This document shows, piece after piece, positions 30,675 to 42,110 of a stretch of 64,000 nucleotides of DNA. Location: positions 32,001-96,000 of the forward strand of contig JBBQZX010000021.1 in assembly GCA_038207335.1 (NCBI GenBank). Direction: 5' to 3'. This stretch comes from Chthoniobacterales bacterium. GTDB lineage: Bacteria > Verrucomicrobiota > Verrucomicrobiia > Chthoniobacterales > Chthoniobacteraceae. The notes beneath the pieces were generated by a model, which worked only from the letters and a program-made list of their open reading frames with translations, did not search any database and was not told the origin of the DNA. Position 1 is the first letter of the stretch; each line of letters starts with the position of its first letter. Position numbers and translations under genes: made by a program.

Positions 30675-30844
30675 GGGTATGAGGGTTACTCCGACACCAT
30701 CAGGCCAAATGAGCCAAAACCAAGCTTCCGCAAAGGATGCGCCGGGGAGCCATGCCGCGACCTTTACAGGAGAGGAAAAGGAGGAGGCAAGAGATATCTT
30801 TTACTTTCCACCGGATGGGGTAGGGCTGCGGCGGGGGGAGGGGT

Positions 30845-32233
30845 CTAGCGGGTGGGCTCGGGCCAGAGCCAGTCGCGGGCTTTGTAGCGGGAGGGGGTGG
30901 TGGCGTCGGTGAGGGTGGAGCCTTCGTCGTCGCGGGCATTCGCGCCGATGGAGTAGAGGAGGAAGGTGGCGGGGGTGGTGCGGCGGTAGCGCATGGGGGC
31001 TCCATTGATGATGTCGGCGGGGATGGCGGGGAGGAGCGCGGGGACCAATTCGGAGAGGCTCTCGGGGTAGCTGCCATGCTGGATGCGGAAGCGCTCGAGG
31101 GCGCAGGCGATGCGGGTCTGGCGGCGGGTATTTTCGAGAGTGATGTAGCGGAGGAGGATGGCGTCCGTGTTCGATCCGAAGGCAAACGGCGTGGATATCG
31201 GTGGCGTAGCAAAGAGATCGGCACTGCGGTCGAACCCGGTTTCCAACTTTTTCAGGGAGCTGTCGGTGTCTTGGTTCTCGCGCACCTGCTTTCGCCAATG
31301 GTGCCCGGAGACGAACTCGACCCAGAGTCTCCACTCGGGCGTGAAGGCACCAAAGGTTCCGCCGATCGTCCTCCATTCTGTGAATGACATGCCGCGGCAG
31401 GCTTCCTCGGCGTCATTGATGAATCCGCGCTCGGAGGAAAACGTGAACCGGCCATCGGCGGCGAGGTCGATTGTGTCGAGCTCGGAAGCGATGCGGGTGA
31501 GGTCTTCGTCGCGCCAGAGGTGGGCGGCGATGCCGGAATCCACGGCACGGATCATCGCCGTGAAGTTCGTGACGCGCATCATCCCGCTGACCATCGAGCG
31601 CTCGGGGAGGGTAGCGCGATACAGCCGGGTGAGGTCGAGGAAGTCCTCGAGCGCCTCTGCAGGCTGCCCGGTGGCAAGATGCGCCTGCATTTTCATGCAG
31701 AGGATGGAGCCGATGTGCCAGGCTAGGACGATGGCACCTGAATCGAAGTCCGGCAGAGGCTTCGTGCTCTGCGGGAAGCGACTGCCGGGGCGGGAACGGG
31801 CGGCGCGGAGGTCGGCGAGGTCTTTTTGGTAACGCTCCAGTCCGAGGAGAACGGCGGCACCGGGGTCGGCAGGGGCGGTTTCCTTTGTGAGCCACTTCTC
31901 ATCCAGCATGGCTGTGCGCTGGGCTTCGAGCCGCTCGGCGAGAGTGGTCTGCGGGACGTTCAGCTTTGGCCTTGGCAGTGGGAACTTCCCCGACGACTCG
32001 CCCGTGGGCAGGTGCTCGAAGACGGTGCCGGTGATGTAGTTGTCCTCGGCGGGGATCTCCGGCGAGAGGAAGTCGTCGAAGTGCAGCAGGACACCGCGGG
32101 CGACGGCGGCGGTGCGATATTTCTCCCACTGCCGCCGGCCGTGGCTGCGGTCAAAGGCCACCCACGCGCACACGAGTAGCGAGAGGGCGGCGAGGCCGAT
32201 GAAGGGCCAGGTCAGCCACAGCAGGCGCTTCAT
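30845..32233 (-). CDS. Membrane-anchored protein with GspG-like C-terminal domain
   Basis: N-terminal TM; RIACALERFR...GSYPESL.ELVP..P.D..G..MRY...FLLYSIG.N..DD.G. Confidence 0.8.
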   Translation of the reverse strand: MKRLLWLTWPFIGLAALSLLVCAWVAFDRSHGRRQWEKYRTAAVARGVLLHFDDFLSPEIPAEDNYITGTVFEHLPTGESSGKFPLPRPKLNVPQTTLAERLEAQRTAMLDEKWLTKETAPADPGAAVLLGLERYQKDLADLRAARSRPGSRFPQSTKPLPDFDSGAIVLAWHIGSILCMKMQAHLATGQPAEALEDFLDLTRLYRATLPERSMVSGMMRVTNFTAMIRAVDSGIAAHLWRDEDLTRIASELDTIDLAADGRFTFSSERGFINDAEEACRGMSFTEWRTIGGTFGAFTPEWRLWVEFVSGHHWRKQVRENQDTDSSLKKLETGFDRSADLFATPPISTPFAFGSNTDAILLRYITLENTRRQTRIACALERFRIQHGSYPESLSELVPALLPAIPADIINGAPMRYRRTTPATFLLYSIGANARDDEGSTLTDATTPSRYKARDWLWPEPTR

Positions 32234-32249
32234 GGCGCGGGGGGCCGGG

Positions 32250-34271
32250 CTAGGCGCGGCGGTCGCGGATGGAGGCCAGGATGTCGGCGATGACTTCGGC
32301 GCGGGGGCGGGCGCCCTGAGGGCCTTTGCCGTGGATGCGGACGCTGACGACGCCGGTTTCGAGGTCGCGCGGGCCGAGGATAAGCATGTGGTGGACTTTC
32401 TGCATCTCGGCGTTGGCGATCTTGGCTTTAATCGGGTCACGGGTCTCGTCGATCTCGGCGCGGACGCCGTGGCTGCGGAGTTCCTTGACGTAGTCCTTTG
32501 CGAAAAAGACCGAGGCCTCGTCGTCGCCTAAGGTGAGGACGCGGACCTGCAGGGGGGCGAGCCAGAGGGGGAAATTCCCCGCGTAGTGCTCGATGAGGAA
32601 GCCGATGAAGCGCTCGTGGGTGCCGAGGGGGGCGCGGTGGATGCAGAGGGGGGTGGCGTCGGTATTCTCGCGGGTCTTGTAGTGGAGGCCGAAGCGGGCG
32701 GGGACGGCGAAATCGACCTGGTTGGTGGCGAGAGTGAACTCTTTGCCGATGACGTTCCAAATCTGGATGTCGATCTTCGGCCCGTAGAAGGCGGCTTCGT
32801 TGGGCACTTCGATGAAGGGCGCGCCGCTGGCGATGAGGACGTCGCGGACCATCTTCTCGGTCTTGAGCCAGAGGTCGGACTGATCGACGTATTTCTTGCC
32901 GAGCTCCTCGGGGCTGTGGGTGCTGAAGCGGAACTGGTAGCGATCGACGCCGAAGATGGCGAAGTATTTGAGGTACATCTGGTTGACGGCCTCGAACTCG
33001 GCGGCGAACTGCTCCTCGGTGCAGTAGATGTGGGCGTCGTTCATCTGCATGGCGCGCACGCGCATGAGCCCGAAGAGTTCGCCCGACTGCTCGTAGCGGT
33101 AGCACGTCCCATATTCCGCCAGCCGCAAAGGCAGGTCGCGATAGCTGCGCGGCACCGCCCCGAAGAGCTTGTGGTGGTGCGGGCAGTTCATGGCTTTGAG
33201 GTAGTAGCGGTCGCCTCGCACCAAGCGTTGGAACGCCGCGTTGTGGGTTTGGTATTCCGCCCACGTTGCCGCTATCTCAGGAGGAAAAGTCCCGGCTTGC
33301 TCGGCTCTTGATACGACTTCATCGACGGGGCCTTCTTCCCCAGCGGGAATCCAATCCCTTACTTTCACAAACGCGGCCCGTGCTTTGTGACTGAGTTCAT
33401 CGGACTGCGCCGCGTTCTCATTTAACATCATCGGCGGAAACATGCTGTCCGCGTAGTAAGGCAGGTGCCCGCTGGTGAGATACATGTTCTCCCGCGCGAG
33501 GTGCGGGGTGCGGACGCGGTCGTAGCCGGCGGCGAACTCCGTCTCTTTGGCGAGCTTTTCCAACTCCTCGATGAGGACGGTGCCGCGCGGGAGCCAGAGC
33601 GGGAGGCCGGGGCCGACATCATCGTCGAAGCAGAAGAGCTCCATCTCGCGGCCGAGCTTGCGGTGGTCGCGCTTTTTCGCCTCCTCGAGCATGGTGAAAT
33701 ACTCGTCGAGCAGGGTCTTGTTCTTGAAGGCGGTACCGTAGATGCGCTGGAGCTGGGGGTTCTTTTCGTCGCCCTTGTAGTAGGCGCTGGCGACGTGCGT
33801 GAGCCGGAAGGCGCCGATATTTCCCGTGCGCATGACGTGGGGCCCGGCGCAGAGGTCGGTGAAGTCGCCGTTGCGGAAGATGGAGATTTCCTCGCCCTCG
33901 GGGATGCCCTGGATGATGTCGAGCTTGAAAGTGGAGGGGGTGCCGCGCGTGGCGAGGGCGGCGAGCTCGCCGCGATAGGCCATGGCGAGGGCATCGGCGC
34001 GGCTGAGGGTCTGCTTTTCAAAGGTGTGGTTGGCCTTGATCTCCTTTTTCATCTCGGCCTCGATGGCGGGGAAGTCCTCGGGGGTGATGCGGTGGGAGGG
34101 GAGGTCGAGGTCGTAGTAGAAGCCGGCCTCGACGGGGGGGCCGGCGGCGAATTGGGCATCCGGCCAGATGCGGAGGATGGCGGTGGCGAGGACGTGGGCG
34201 GCGCTGTGGCGGAGCCGCTCGAGGTCGGTCATCTGCGCGCGTTGTTCGAGGGTTTTGCGTTCGTCGGACAT
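32250..34271 (-). CDS. thrS: Threonine--tRNA ligase with a large insertion
   Basis: LRHSAAH, DLCAGPH, KRDHRKLG, MNCPHH, GLMRVR, AFYGPKID, IHRAPLGTHERF. Confidence 0.97.
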   Translation of the reverse strand: MSDERKTLEQRAQMTDLERLRHSAAHVLATAILRIWPDAQFAAGPPVEAGFYYDLDLPSHRITPEDFPAIEAEMKKEIKANHTFEKQTLSRADALAMAYRGELAALATRGTPSTFKLDIIQGIPEGEEISIFRNGDFTDLCAGPHVMRTGNIGAFRLTHVASAYYKGDEKNPQLQRIYGTAFKNKTLLDEYFTMLEEAKKRDHRKLGREMELFCFDDDVGPGLPLWLPRGTVLIEELEKLAKETEFAAGYDRVRTPHLARENMYLTSGHLPYYADSMFPPMMLNENAAQSDELSHKARAAFVKVRDWIPAGEEGPVDEVVSRAEQAGTFPPEIAATWAEYQTHNAAFQRLVRGDRYYLKAMNCPHHHKLFGAVPRSYRDLPLRLAEYGTCYRYEQSGELFGLMRVRAMQMNDAHIYCTEEQFAAEFEAVNQMYLKYFAIFGVDRYQFRFSTHSPEELGKKYVDQSDLWLKTEKMVRDVLIASGAPFIEVPNEAAFYGPKIDIQIWNVIGKEFTLATNQVDFAVPARFGLHYKTRENTDATPLCIHRAPLGTHERFIGFLIEHYAGNFPLWLAPLQVRVLTLGDDEASVFFAKDYVKELRSHGVRAEIDETRDPIKAKIANAEMQKVHHMLILGPRDLETGVVSVRIHGKGPQGARPRAEVIADILASIRDRRA

Positions 34272-34287
34272 AGGGAAAAAGGCGGAC

Positions 34288-34316
34288 AAGCTAGGGCGCG
34301 CGGGGTCCGGGTGCAA
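34288..34316 (-). promoter_or_regulatory. Putative sigma70 promoter of thrS
   Basis: TTGCAC-N17-TAGCTT, 16 nt before the ATG. Confidence 0.55.
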
Positions 34317-34452
34317 TGCCGGAGGGGAGGTGAACGTCGGAGGCTCGGGATTCGCGAGGCAATCCTCGCGGATGGTGGGTTTCAGCGAGACTCGGGCGTT
34401 GCCGCGCGGCTGGAAGTGCTCAACCTCCACGACTACCCGCGCAGCTTCCATC

Positions 34453-34580
34453 ATGGCATTCCTCCACTCGGACACGTTCCACATTTTCTCCCAAGTCTTG
34501 CTCGGCGGGGTCTGGGTCTTTCACGGCGTTTACAGCAAGATCATGGATGGCATCCCGCGGCATCGCTTGATCGTCGGGAG
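34453..34580 (+). pseudogene. N-terminal fragment of a DoxX-like membrane protein
   Basis: GVWVFHGVYSKIMDGIPRHRLIVGR, then runs into the antisense strand of the methyltransferase. Confidence 0.55.
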
Positions 34581-35211
34581 GGCCGAAGGCGAAGAAGTTT
34601 GCGAGGTCGCGGAGATGCTCCACGAGCACGACCCGGCCACCGGGCGAGAGGCATCGGCGCGCCTCGGAAAACCACGCGCTACGCTCCCGCTCGCTCCTCA
34701 GTTCATGGATCGCGAGCAGGCCGAAGATGGCGTCGGACGTTTCCTCCGGCACGGGCCACCGGTCATAAGGCGCTGCGAGCGTGCCGGGCGTGGGCGGGAA
34801 TATCCTTCGCGCCCGCCGGATCGACGCTTCGGTCATGCGGGTCGCGTCGAAGTGATCGAGGAGGAGCCATTCGCACCGGTCGAAGCGGAGGCGAAGGGCG
34901 TCGGAGGCTTCGTCGAAACCGGAATGGCAGAAGATCGCGCGACGGAGGAATGCCCCGCGCAGGGCACGATCCAGCCAGCGCCAGCGATACAAATCCGAGC
35001 GGTCGTAGATGACATGGGAGACGCCGAGCGATCCGACCAAAAAGTAAGCCGCGCCTGTCAGCCCGGCGGCGCAGAGCAGCTTCAGTGGGAGCGCATTGAA
35101 GAAACAAAGCCCGGCAAGCGAAGCCAGCAGAGCAGCCATTGCGGCGGCGTAAAACGGCCAGTTGAAACGCGCGATGGCCAGCATTCCCTGCCAATGCGAA
35201 CGCTGCTTCAA
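34579..35211 (-). pseudogene. Class I SAM methyltransferase, C-terminally truncated
   Basis: HSGFDE, AIHELR, LSPGGRVVLVEHLRDLANFFAFGP, then antisense DoxX sequence; TTG start overlaps the DUF2071 stop. Confidence 0.65.
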
Positions 35212-35969
35212 GCCGCACCTCCCGCGCGCACGATCCGCCCGCGTTCCCACCGATAGGCGACGCGGCGCACCGCGAATGCGTTCGCGAGGATCGGCGTCGT
35301 CCCGCGAAAAGGCGCTTCGTCGAAAAGGCCGACCCGCCACTCCCGCACCGCGGCGGGACGCGGCGTCCAGTCCTGACGGCTCCCTTCGATCACCACAAAT
35401 GTCCCATCTTCCTGCACGCTGAAAGTGAATGGCATCGGCCCGGCAAAGCGACGCGCCGCGTGCCAGTCGGCGAACGGCGAGCCTGCCGGCAGCGGAGCCG
35501 TTTCGTCCGCAGAGGCGAACGTGAGATCGAGCGTTGGCGTTCCATCGGGGAGCGAAGTCTCGACGCGCACCTGCTCGTGGGCTTCCTCGATCCGCGCATT
35601 CACGTAGCGGTAGCGGTAGTGCGTCATCAGGTTTCCCAACCAAACCATTCGGTGCCGGTCGGTTTCGCTGCGCAAAATCTGGAGGCCGCGCAGGCGCCGA
35701 GTGCCGTCTTGAAGCCGGGTGAAGATGCGGTATCCCGCGAGGAGGAAATCCTGCCCGAAGAAGGAGGGGAAACCCGCGGGACGCAGGCCTTTCGTCCAGA
35801 CAATGGCGACTGTCACGAAACCGAGACCGGCAAACGTATCGATCTCCAAACCCTTCGGCACCAGCGGTCGGAGAATCTCTTCTGGAAACGCGAATGAGAC
35901 CGCCACTACCTGATCGAACCAAGCGACGACCGGAAAGGGCCTGCGGAGAAGATTCGCGAGTTTTGCCAT
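35208..35969 (-). CDS. DUF2071 (YqjF-like) protein
   Basis: PFPVVAWF, GLRPAGFP.FFG..F.LAGYRIF, RGL.ILRSETD, Y.WERG. Confidence 0.78.
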   Translation of the reverse strand: MAKLANLLRRPFPVVAWFDQVVAVSFAFPEEILRPLVPKGLEIDTFAGLGFVTVAIVWTKGLRPAGFPSFFGQDFLLAGYRIFTRLQDGTRRLRGLQILRSETDRHRMVWLGNLMTHYRYRYVNARIEEAHEQVRVETSLPDGTPTLDLTFASADETAPLPAGSPFADWHAARRFAGPMPFTFSVQEDGTFVVIEGSRQDWTPRPAAVREWRVGLFDEAPFRGTTPILANAFAVRRVAYRWERGRIVRAGGAA

Positions 35970-36051
35970 GCTTCTCGGACTAATCGCGAGTGATGTCGGA
36001 TGCACGCGTCGAGAGCGAAATGGCGTGCTCTCTCTAGGGTTTTGGCGGGGG

Positions 36052-36067
36052 TGTTTCATTTTGTGCA
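36052..36067. promoter_or_regulatory. Putative NtrC-type enhancer site
   Basis: Reverse strand reads TGCACAAAATGAAACA, resembling TGCACCAAAATGGTGCA; about 90 bp upstream of the sigma54 site. Confidence 0.5.
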
Positions 36068-36152
36068 GAGAATGAACGACTGTGGATATTTGACCTGCCT
36101 CGAACAGCGCAGCACAGCCGCTTTTCTCTGTAAAATCACGCAAAACGGGCGC

Positions 36153-36169
36153 TGGCACGACCGCTGCTA
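36153..36169 (+). promoter_or_regulatory. Sigma54 -24/-12 promoter of the amt-PII locus
   Basis: TGGCAC-GACCG-CTGCTA with correct GG-N10-GC spacing, upstream of amt. Confidence 0.7.
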
Positions 36170-36374
36170 GGGGCGCCGCCGTGATTTCAAGTCTATCGCA
36201 CAGCCCTTTCCGCGCTGCGACCATCCTTTTGCCCCAGCCATGTGCGCATTTCGCGCCTATCGCCGCGCGGCGCTCACTTTCGTCCCTGCACCATGTCGTG
36301 TCGCCTATGGCGCGCGCTGCCGTGCGGTGACGGATGCAACACAACCAAAACCGAAAACCACACCACACGAAACT

Positions 36375-37949
36375 ATGCAGAAATCATTGAAACGCACTTT
36401 GCTCCCGGCCCTCGCGGCGGCGATGTGTTGGCTCACCCTCGGGGATGCCCCGCTCCACGCGCAGGATGCCGCCGCTCCGGCAGCGCCCGTCGCCGCGGAG
36501 CCGACAGTCGCCGCACCGGATGCCGCACCTGCCGCAGTCGCTCCGGCGGAAGCCGCGCCTGCTGCGCCGACGGACCCGATCACCGACATCAAGAACGCCT
36601 CCAGTGCGATGCGCACCGGCCTCGACACCGTCTGGGTGCTCGTCACCGCGATGCTTGTCTTCTGGATGAACGCCGGCTTCGCCCTCGTCGAGAGCGGCTT
36701 GTGCCAATCCAAAAACTGCGTCAACATCCTGTTCAAGAACTTCATCGTCTTCGCCTGTTCGACGGTGTCGTTCTGGGTCATCGGATGGGGCATCATGTTT
36801 GGCGATGGGACGCCATTCATGGGCACATCGGGGCTCTGGTTCGTCGGGGGTGCCGATAATTCGCCCGCGCTCGGCCACGACTACATGTCGATGAATCCGT
36901 TCTCCGGCGAGGAATACAAAGGCGTCTATGGCGCGATCAACTGGACCCCGGTTCCGCTGTGGGCGAAGTTTTTCTTCCAGCTCGTCTTCGCCGGCACCGC
37001 CGCAACGATCGTCTCCGGTGCAGTCGCCGAGCGTATCAAGTTCCACAGCTTCATGGTCTTCAGCTTCATCCTGGTCGCGGTGTTCTACCCGATCACCGGT
37101 CACTGGATCTGGGGCGGCGGTCTCCTCGGCGCGAATAACTTCCGCGACTTCGCAGGTTCGACTGTCGTGCATTCCGTCGGCGGCTGGGCAGCGCTCGCAG
37201 GCGTCATCGTCCTCGGGCCACGGCGCGGGAAATTCCGCGATGGGAAAGTGCATCCGATCCCCGGTCACAACATGACCTCCGCCGCTCTCGGCGTGCTCAT
37301 CCTGTGGCTCGGCTGGTTCGGCTTCAACCCCGGCTCCACGATGTCCGCAGGCGACGGTAAGGCGATCGCCCACGTCCTCGTGAACACGAACATTGCAGCC
37401 GCCACCGGCGCGCTCTTCGCGCTCATCACCGCCTGGACTTTGCTGAAAAAGCCGGATTTCTCGATGGTTCTCAATGGCTGTCTCGCGGGCCTCGTCGCCA
37501 TCACGGCGCCGTGCGCTTTCACCACGATCACCTCGGGTGCGATCATCGGCGCCATTGCCGGCGTCGTCGTCGTCGTGGCGGTCATCTTCTTCGATAAGAT
37601 CAAGCTCGACGACCCGGTGGGCGCCCTCTCGGTCCATCTCGTCTGTGGCGTGTGGGGCACCCTCGCGCTCGGGCTTTTCTACGACAAGGACGTCACCGCC
37701 AACATCGCCGCGCTCCCGCCAAATGCGGCCGACGCAGCGGGCTGGACGGCAATGAGCCAGACGATGGTGCAGCTCAAGGGGATCCTCTACTGCGGTGGAT
37801 TCACCTTCATCGCGTCGCTCATCGTTTGGTTCATCATCAAGGCCGTCTTCGGTCTGCGTGTGAGCGCTGAGGAAGAGATCGAAGGTCTCGACATCGGCGA
37901 GCACGGCAACGAAGCGTACCCGAACTTCCAACCCGCGAGCCGCGGCTAA
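36375..37949 (+). CDS. amtB: Ammonium transporter 1
   Basis: MNAGFALVESG, FFFQLVFAGT, SGAVAER, DFAGSTVVH, WFGFN, DDPVGALSVH, GLDIGEHG. Confidence 0.95.
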   Translation: MQKSLKRTLLPALAAAMCWLTLGDAPLHAQDAAAPAAPVAAEPTVAAPDAAPAAVAPAEAAPAAPTDPITDIKNASSAMRTGLDTVWVLVTAMLVFWMNAGFALVESGLCQSKNCVNILFKNFIVFACSTVSFWVIGWGIMFGDGTPFMGTSGLWFVGGADNSPALGHDYMSMNPFSGEEYKGVYGAINWTPVPLWAKFFFQLVFAGTAATIVSGAVAERIKFHSFMVFSFILVAVFYPITGHWIWGGGLLGANNFRDFAGSTVVHSVGGWAALAGVIVLGPRRGKFRDGKVHPIPGHNMTSAALGVLILWLGWFGFNPGSTMSAGDGKAIAHVLVNTNIAAATGALFALITAWTLLKKPDFSMVLNGCLAGLVAITAPCAFTTITSGAIIGAIAGVVVVVAVIFFDKIKLDDPVGALSVHLVCGVWGTLALGLFYDKDVTANIAALPPNAADAAGWTAMSQTMVQLKGILYCGGFTFIASLIVWFIIKAVFGLRVSAEEEIEGLDIGEHGNEAYPNFQPASRG

Positions 37950-37960
37950 GAAACGGCATC

Positions 37961-37997
37961 GCCCGGTCCCGGCTGCCATCGCGCAGCCGGGCCGGGT
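37961..37997 (+). other. GC-rich intercistronic hairpin
   Basis: cccggtcccggctgc/gcagccgggccggg. Confidence 0.55.
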
Positions 37998-38006
37998 ATT
38001 TCCTAA

Positions 38007-38354
<348 letters not shown>

Positions 38355-38368
38355 AACGCAGAACTGTC

Positions 38369-38407
38369 CGCGCGGGCAGCAGCGCTTCGGCGTTCGCTGC
38401 CCGTGCG
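38369..38407 (+). other. Intercistronic hairpin with cUUCGg loop
   Basis: cgcgcgggcagc agcgc-ttcg-gcgtt cgctgcccgtgcg. Confidence 0.55.
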
Positions 38408-38456
38408 TGGCGTTCCGCACTTTTCCCCGAATCCATAACTCCCTTACTTCCCTAAA

Positions 38457-38783
38457 ATGAACCCACTCCTTATCCTTCTTGTCTTCGCCTCCGTCGCCGT
38501 CTTTGCCGGCATGGGCGCGCATCTTCAAAAAGCTCGCACGGCGAAAATCTTTCACATCGTCGGCGGTGCCCTGGGCATGACCGCCTCCATCGCTTTCGCC
38601 CTCACGCAGCACAAGCTCTCGTGGGCATTCATCGTCCCGTTCGTATTCGCGATGATCTTCGCCGGACGCGCGCTCGGTGACTGGGCGCGCGGCCGCGTCA
38701 GCTTCCAGCCCCCCGCGCAGCTCTTCTTTCTCGCCGGGACCCTTTCGCTTCTCGGAGCACTGAGCACGTTGCTCGTCCGCTGA
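38457..38783 (+). CDS. Small four-TM membrane protein
   Basis: Four hydrophobic segments. Confidence 0.7.
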   Translation: MNPLLILLVFASVAVFAGMGAHLQKARTAKIFHIVGGALGMTASIAFALTQHKLSWAFIVPFVFAMIFAGRALGDWARGRVSFQPPAQLFFLAGTLSLLGALSTLLVR

Positions 38784-38794
38784 ATCTTCCAGGC

Positions 38795-40069
38795 GTGATT
38801 GCTTCCATCGTCGCGGACCCAAATCCGCTGATGATCCTCCCATTCGGCGCGATGCTCCTGTGCATCGCGATCATGCCGCTTTTCGCGCCGAAATTCTGGG
38901 AGCACAACCTCCAGAAAGTCTCCATCGGCCTCGGCGCGATCAGCGTCATCTATTACCTCGCCGTCCTGCACGATGGCTGGCGCATGGCCGAAGTCGCGCA
39001 CGACTACGCAAGCTTCATCCTTTTTATCGGCGCGCTTTTCGTCATCGCCGGCGGCATCCACATCGGGGTGAAAGGCGAAGCGCAGCCGGGCCACAACACG
39101 TCGTTCCTGCTGATCGGCGCGGTGCTCGCGAATCTTGTCGGCACCACCGGCGCATCGATGCTCCTCATCCGTCCGTGGATTCGCATGAACCGCTACCGCT
39201 TCACGCATTTCCACACAGTATTTTTCATCTTCGCAGTCAGCAACGTCGGCGGCTGCCTCACTCCCGTCGGCGATCCGCCGCTCTTTCTTGGCTATTTGAG
39301 GGGCGTGCCTTTCTGGTGGATCACGGAGAAAACCTGGCCCGCGTGGCTCTTCGCCGTCGGCGCGCTGCTCGCGATTTTCTACATCGTCGATCGGCGGAAT
39401 TTTCACAAAGTCCCCAAGCCGATTCGTGACGCCGAGCCGCACGAGAAATTCAAAATCACCGGAATCAAAAATGTCGGCTGGCTCGCACTCGCGCTCGGTG
39501 CGGTCTTCATCAAGAGCCCGCAGGGATTGCGTGAAGTCATCATGGCCGGCACAGCGATCGGCTCCTACTTCACCACGTCGAAAGCCGTCCACGAGTCGAA
39601 CCATTTCAACTTTGCTCCGATCAAGGAAGTCGCGTGGCTCTTCCTCGGAATCTTCGCCACGATGGTGCCCGCGCTCGACTATCTCGAGCTCCACGCCACC
39701 ACGCTCGGCATCGCGCATCCGGGCCAATTCTACTGGCTCAGCGGCGCCCTCTCCGGCGTGCTCGATAACGCGCCGACCTACCTGACATTCCTCGCCGCCG
39801 CATTCGGCATCAAAGGTCTGAATCTCAACGACGCCGCGCACATGACGAAGTTCCTCGCCGAGCACGGCATTTACGTGGTCGCCATCTCGCTCGGCTCCGT
39901 GTTCTTCGGCGCGATGACCTACATCGGCAACGGCCCAAACTTCATGGTGAAATCCATCTGCGACCACGCCGGCGTCCACACGCCCAGCTTCTTCAACTAC
40001 ATTATCCGCTACTCCGTGCCCGTGCTGCTCCCCATCTTCGCGGCAGTCGCGTGGCTGATGTTGCGGTAA
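38795..40069 (+). CDS. Putative Na+/H+ antiporter (ion-transporter superfamily)
   Basis: GTTGASMLLIRP, SNVGGCLTPVGDPPLFLG, LDNAPTY, TYIGNGPNFMVK. Confidence 0.85.
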   Translation: MIASIVADPNPLMILPFGAMLLCIAIMPLFAPKFWEHNLQKVSIGLGAISVIYYLAVLHDGWRMAEVAHDYASFILFIGALFVIAGGIHIGVKGEAQPGHNTSFLLIGAVLANLVGTTGASMLLIRPWIRMNRYRFTHFHTVFFIFAVSNVGGCLTPVGDPPLFLGYLRGVPFWWITEKTWPAWLFAVGALLAIFYIVDRRNFHKVPKPIRDAEPHEKFKITGIKNVGWLALALGAVFIKSPQGLREVIMAGTAIGSYFTTSKAVHESNHFNFAPIKEVAWLFLGIFATMVPALDYLELHATTLGIAHPGQFYWLSGALSGVLDNAPTYLTFLAAAFGIKGLNLNDAAHMTKFLAEHGIYVVAISLGSVFFGAMTYIGNGPNFMVKSICDHAGVHTPSFFNYIIRYSVPVLLPIFAAVAWLMLR

Positions 40070-40121
40070 CGCAAGCCGCCGTCTCGCGACAGGACAGGCT
40101 CAAGCCGGAGGCTTGCGCTAC
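40066..40121. repeat. GTAG-type REP-like palindromic doublet (degenerate left arm)
   Basis: gtaacgcaagccgccgtctcg ... caagccggaggcttgcgctac. Confidence 0.6.
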
Positions 40122-40166
40122 GGCGATCTCCCCGCTAACCCTCCCGCTCGACATCCCCACATCCTC

Positions 40167-42078
<1,912 letters not shown>

Positions 42079-42110
42079 GCGCTGTCCGGTAGGCGCGCTC
42101 CCGGCTACAG

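Noticed and set aside
33207..33428. Intein or intron in thrS
   Set aside because: No intein terminal residues and no splice-type RNA motifs; the segment is short and in frame
34579..36040. Invertible segment carrying DUF2071 and the methyltransferase
   Set aside because: No flanking inverted repeats, no recombinase, and the missing gene halves are not at the other end
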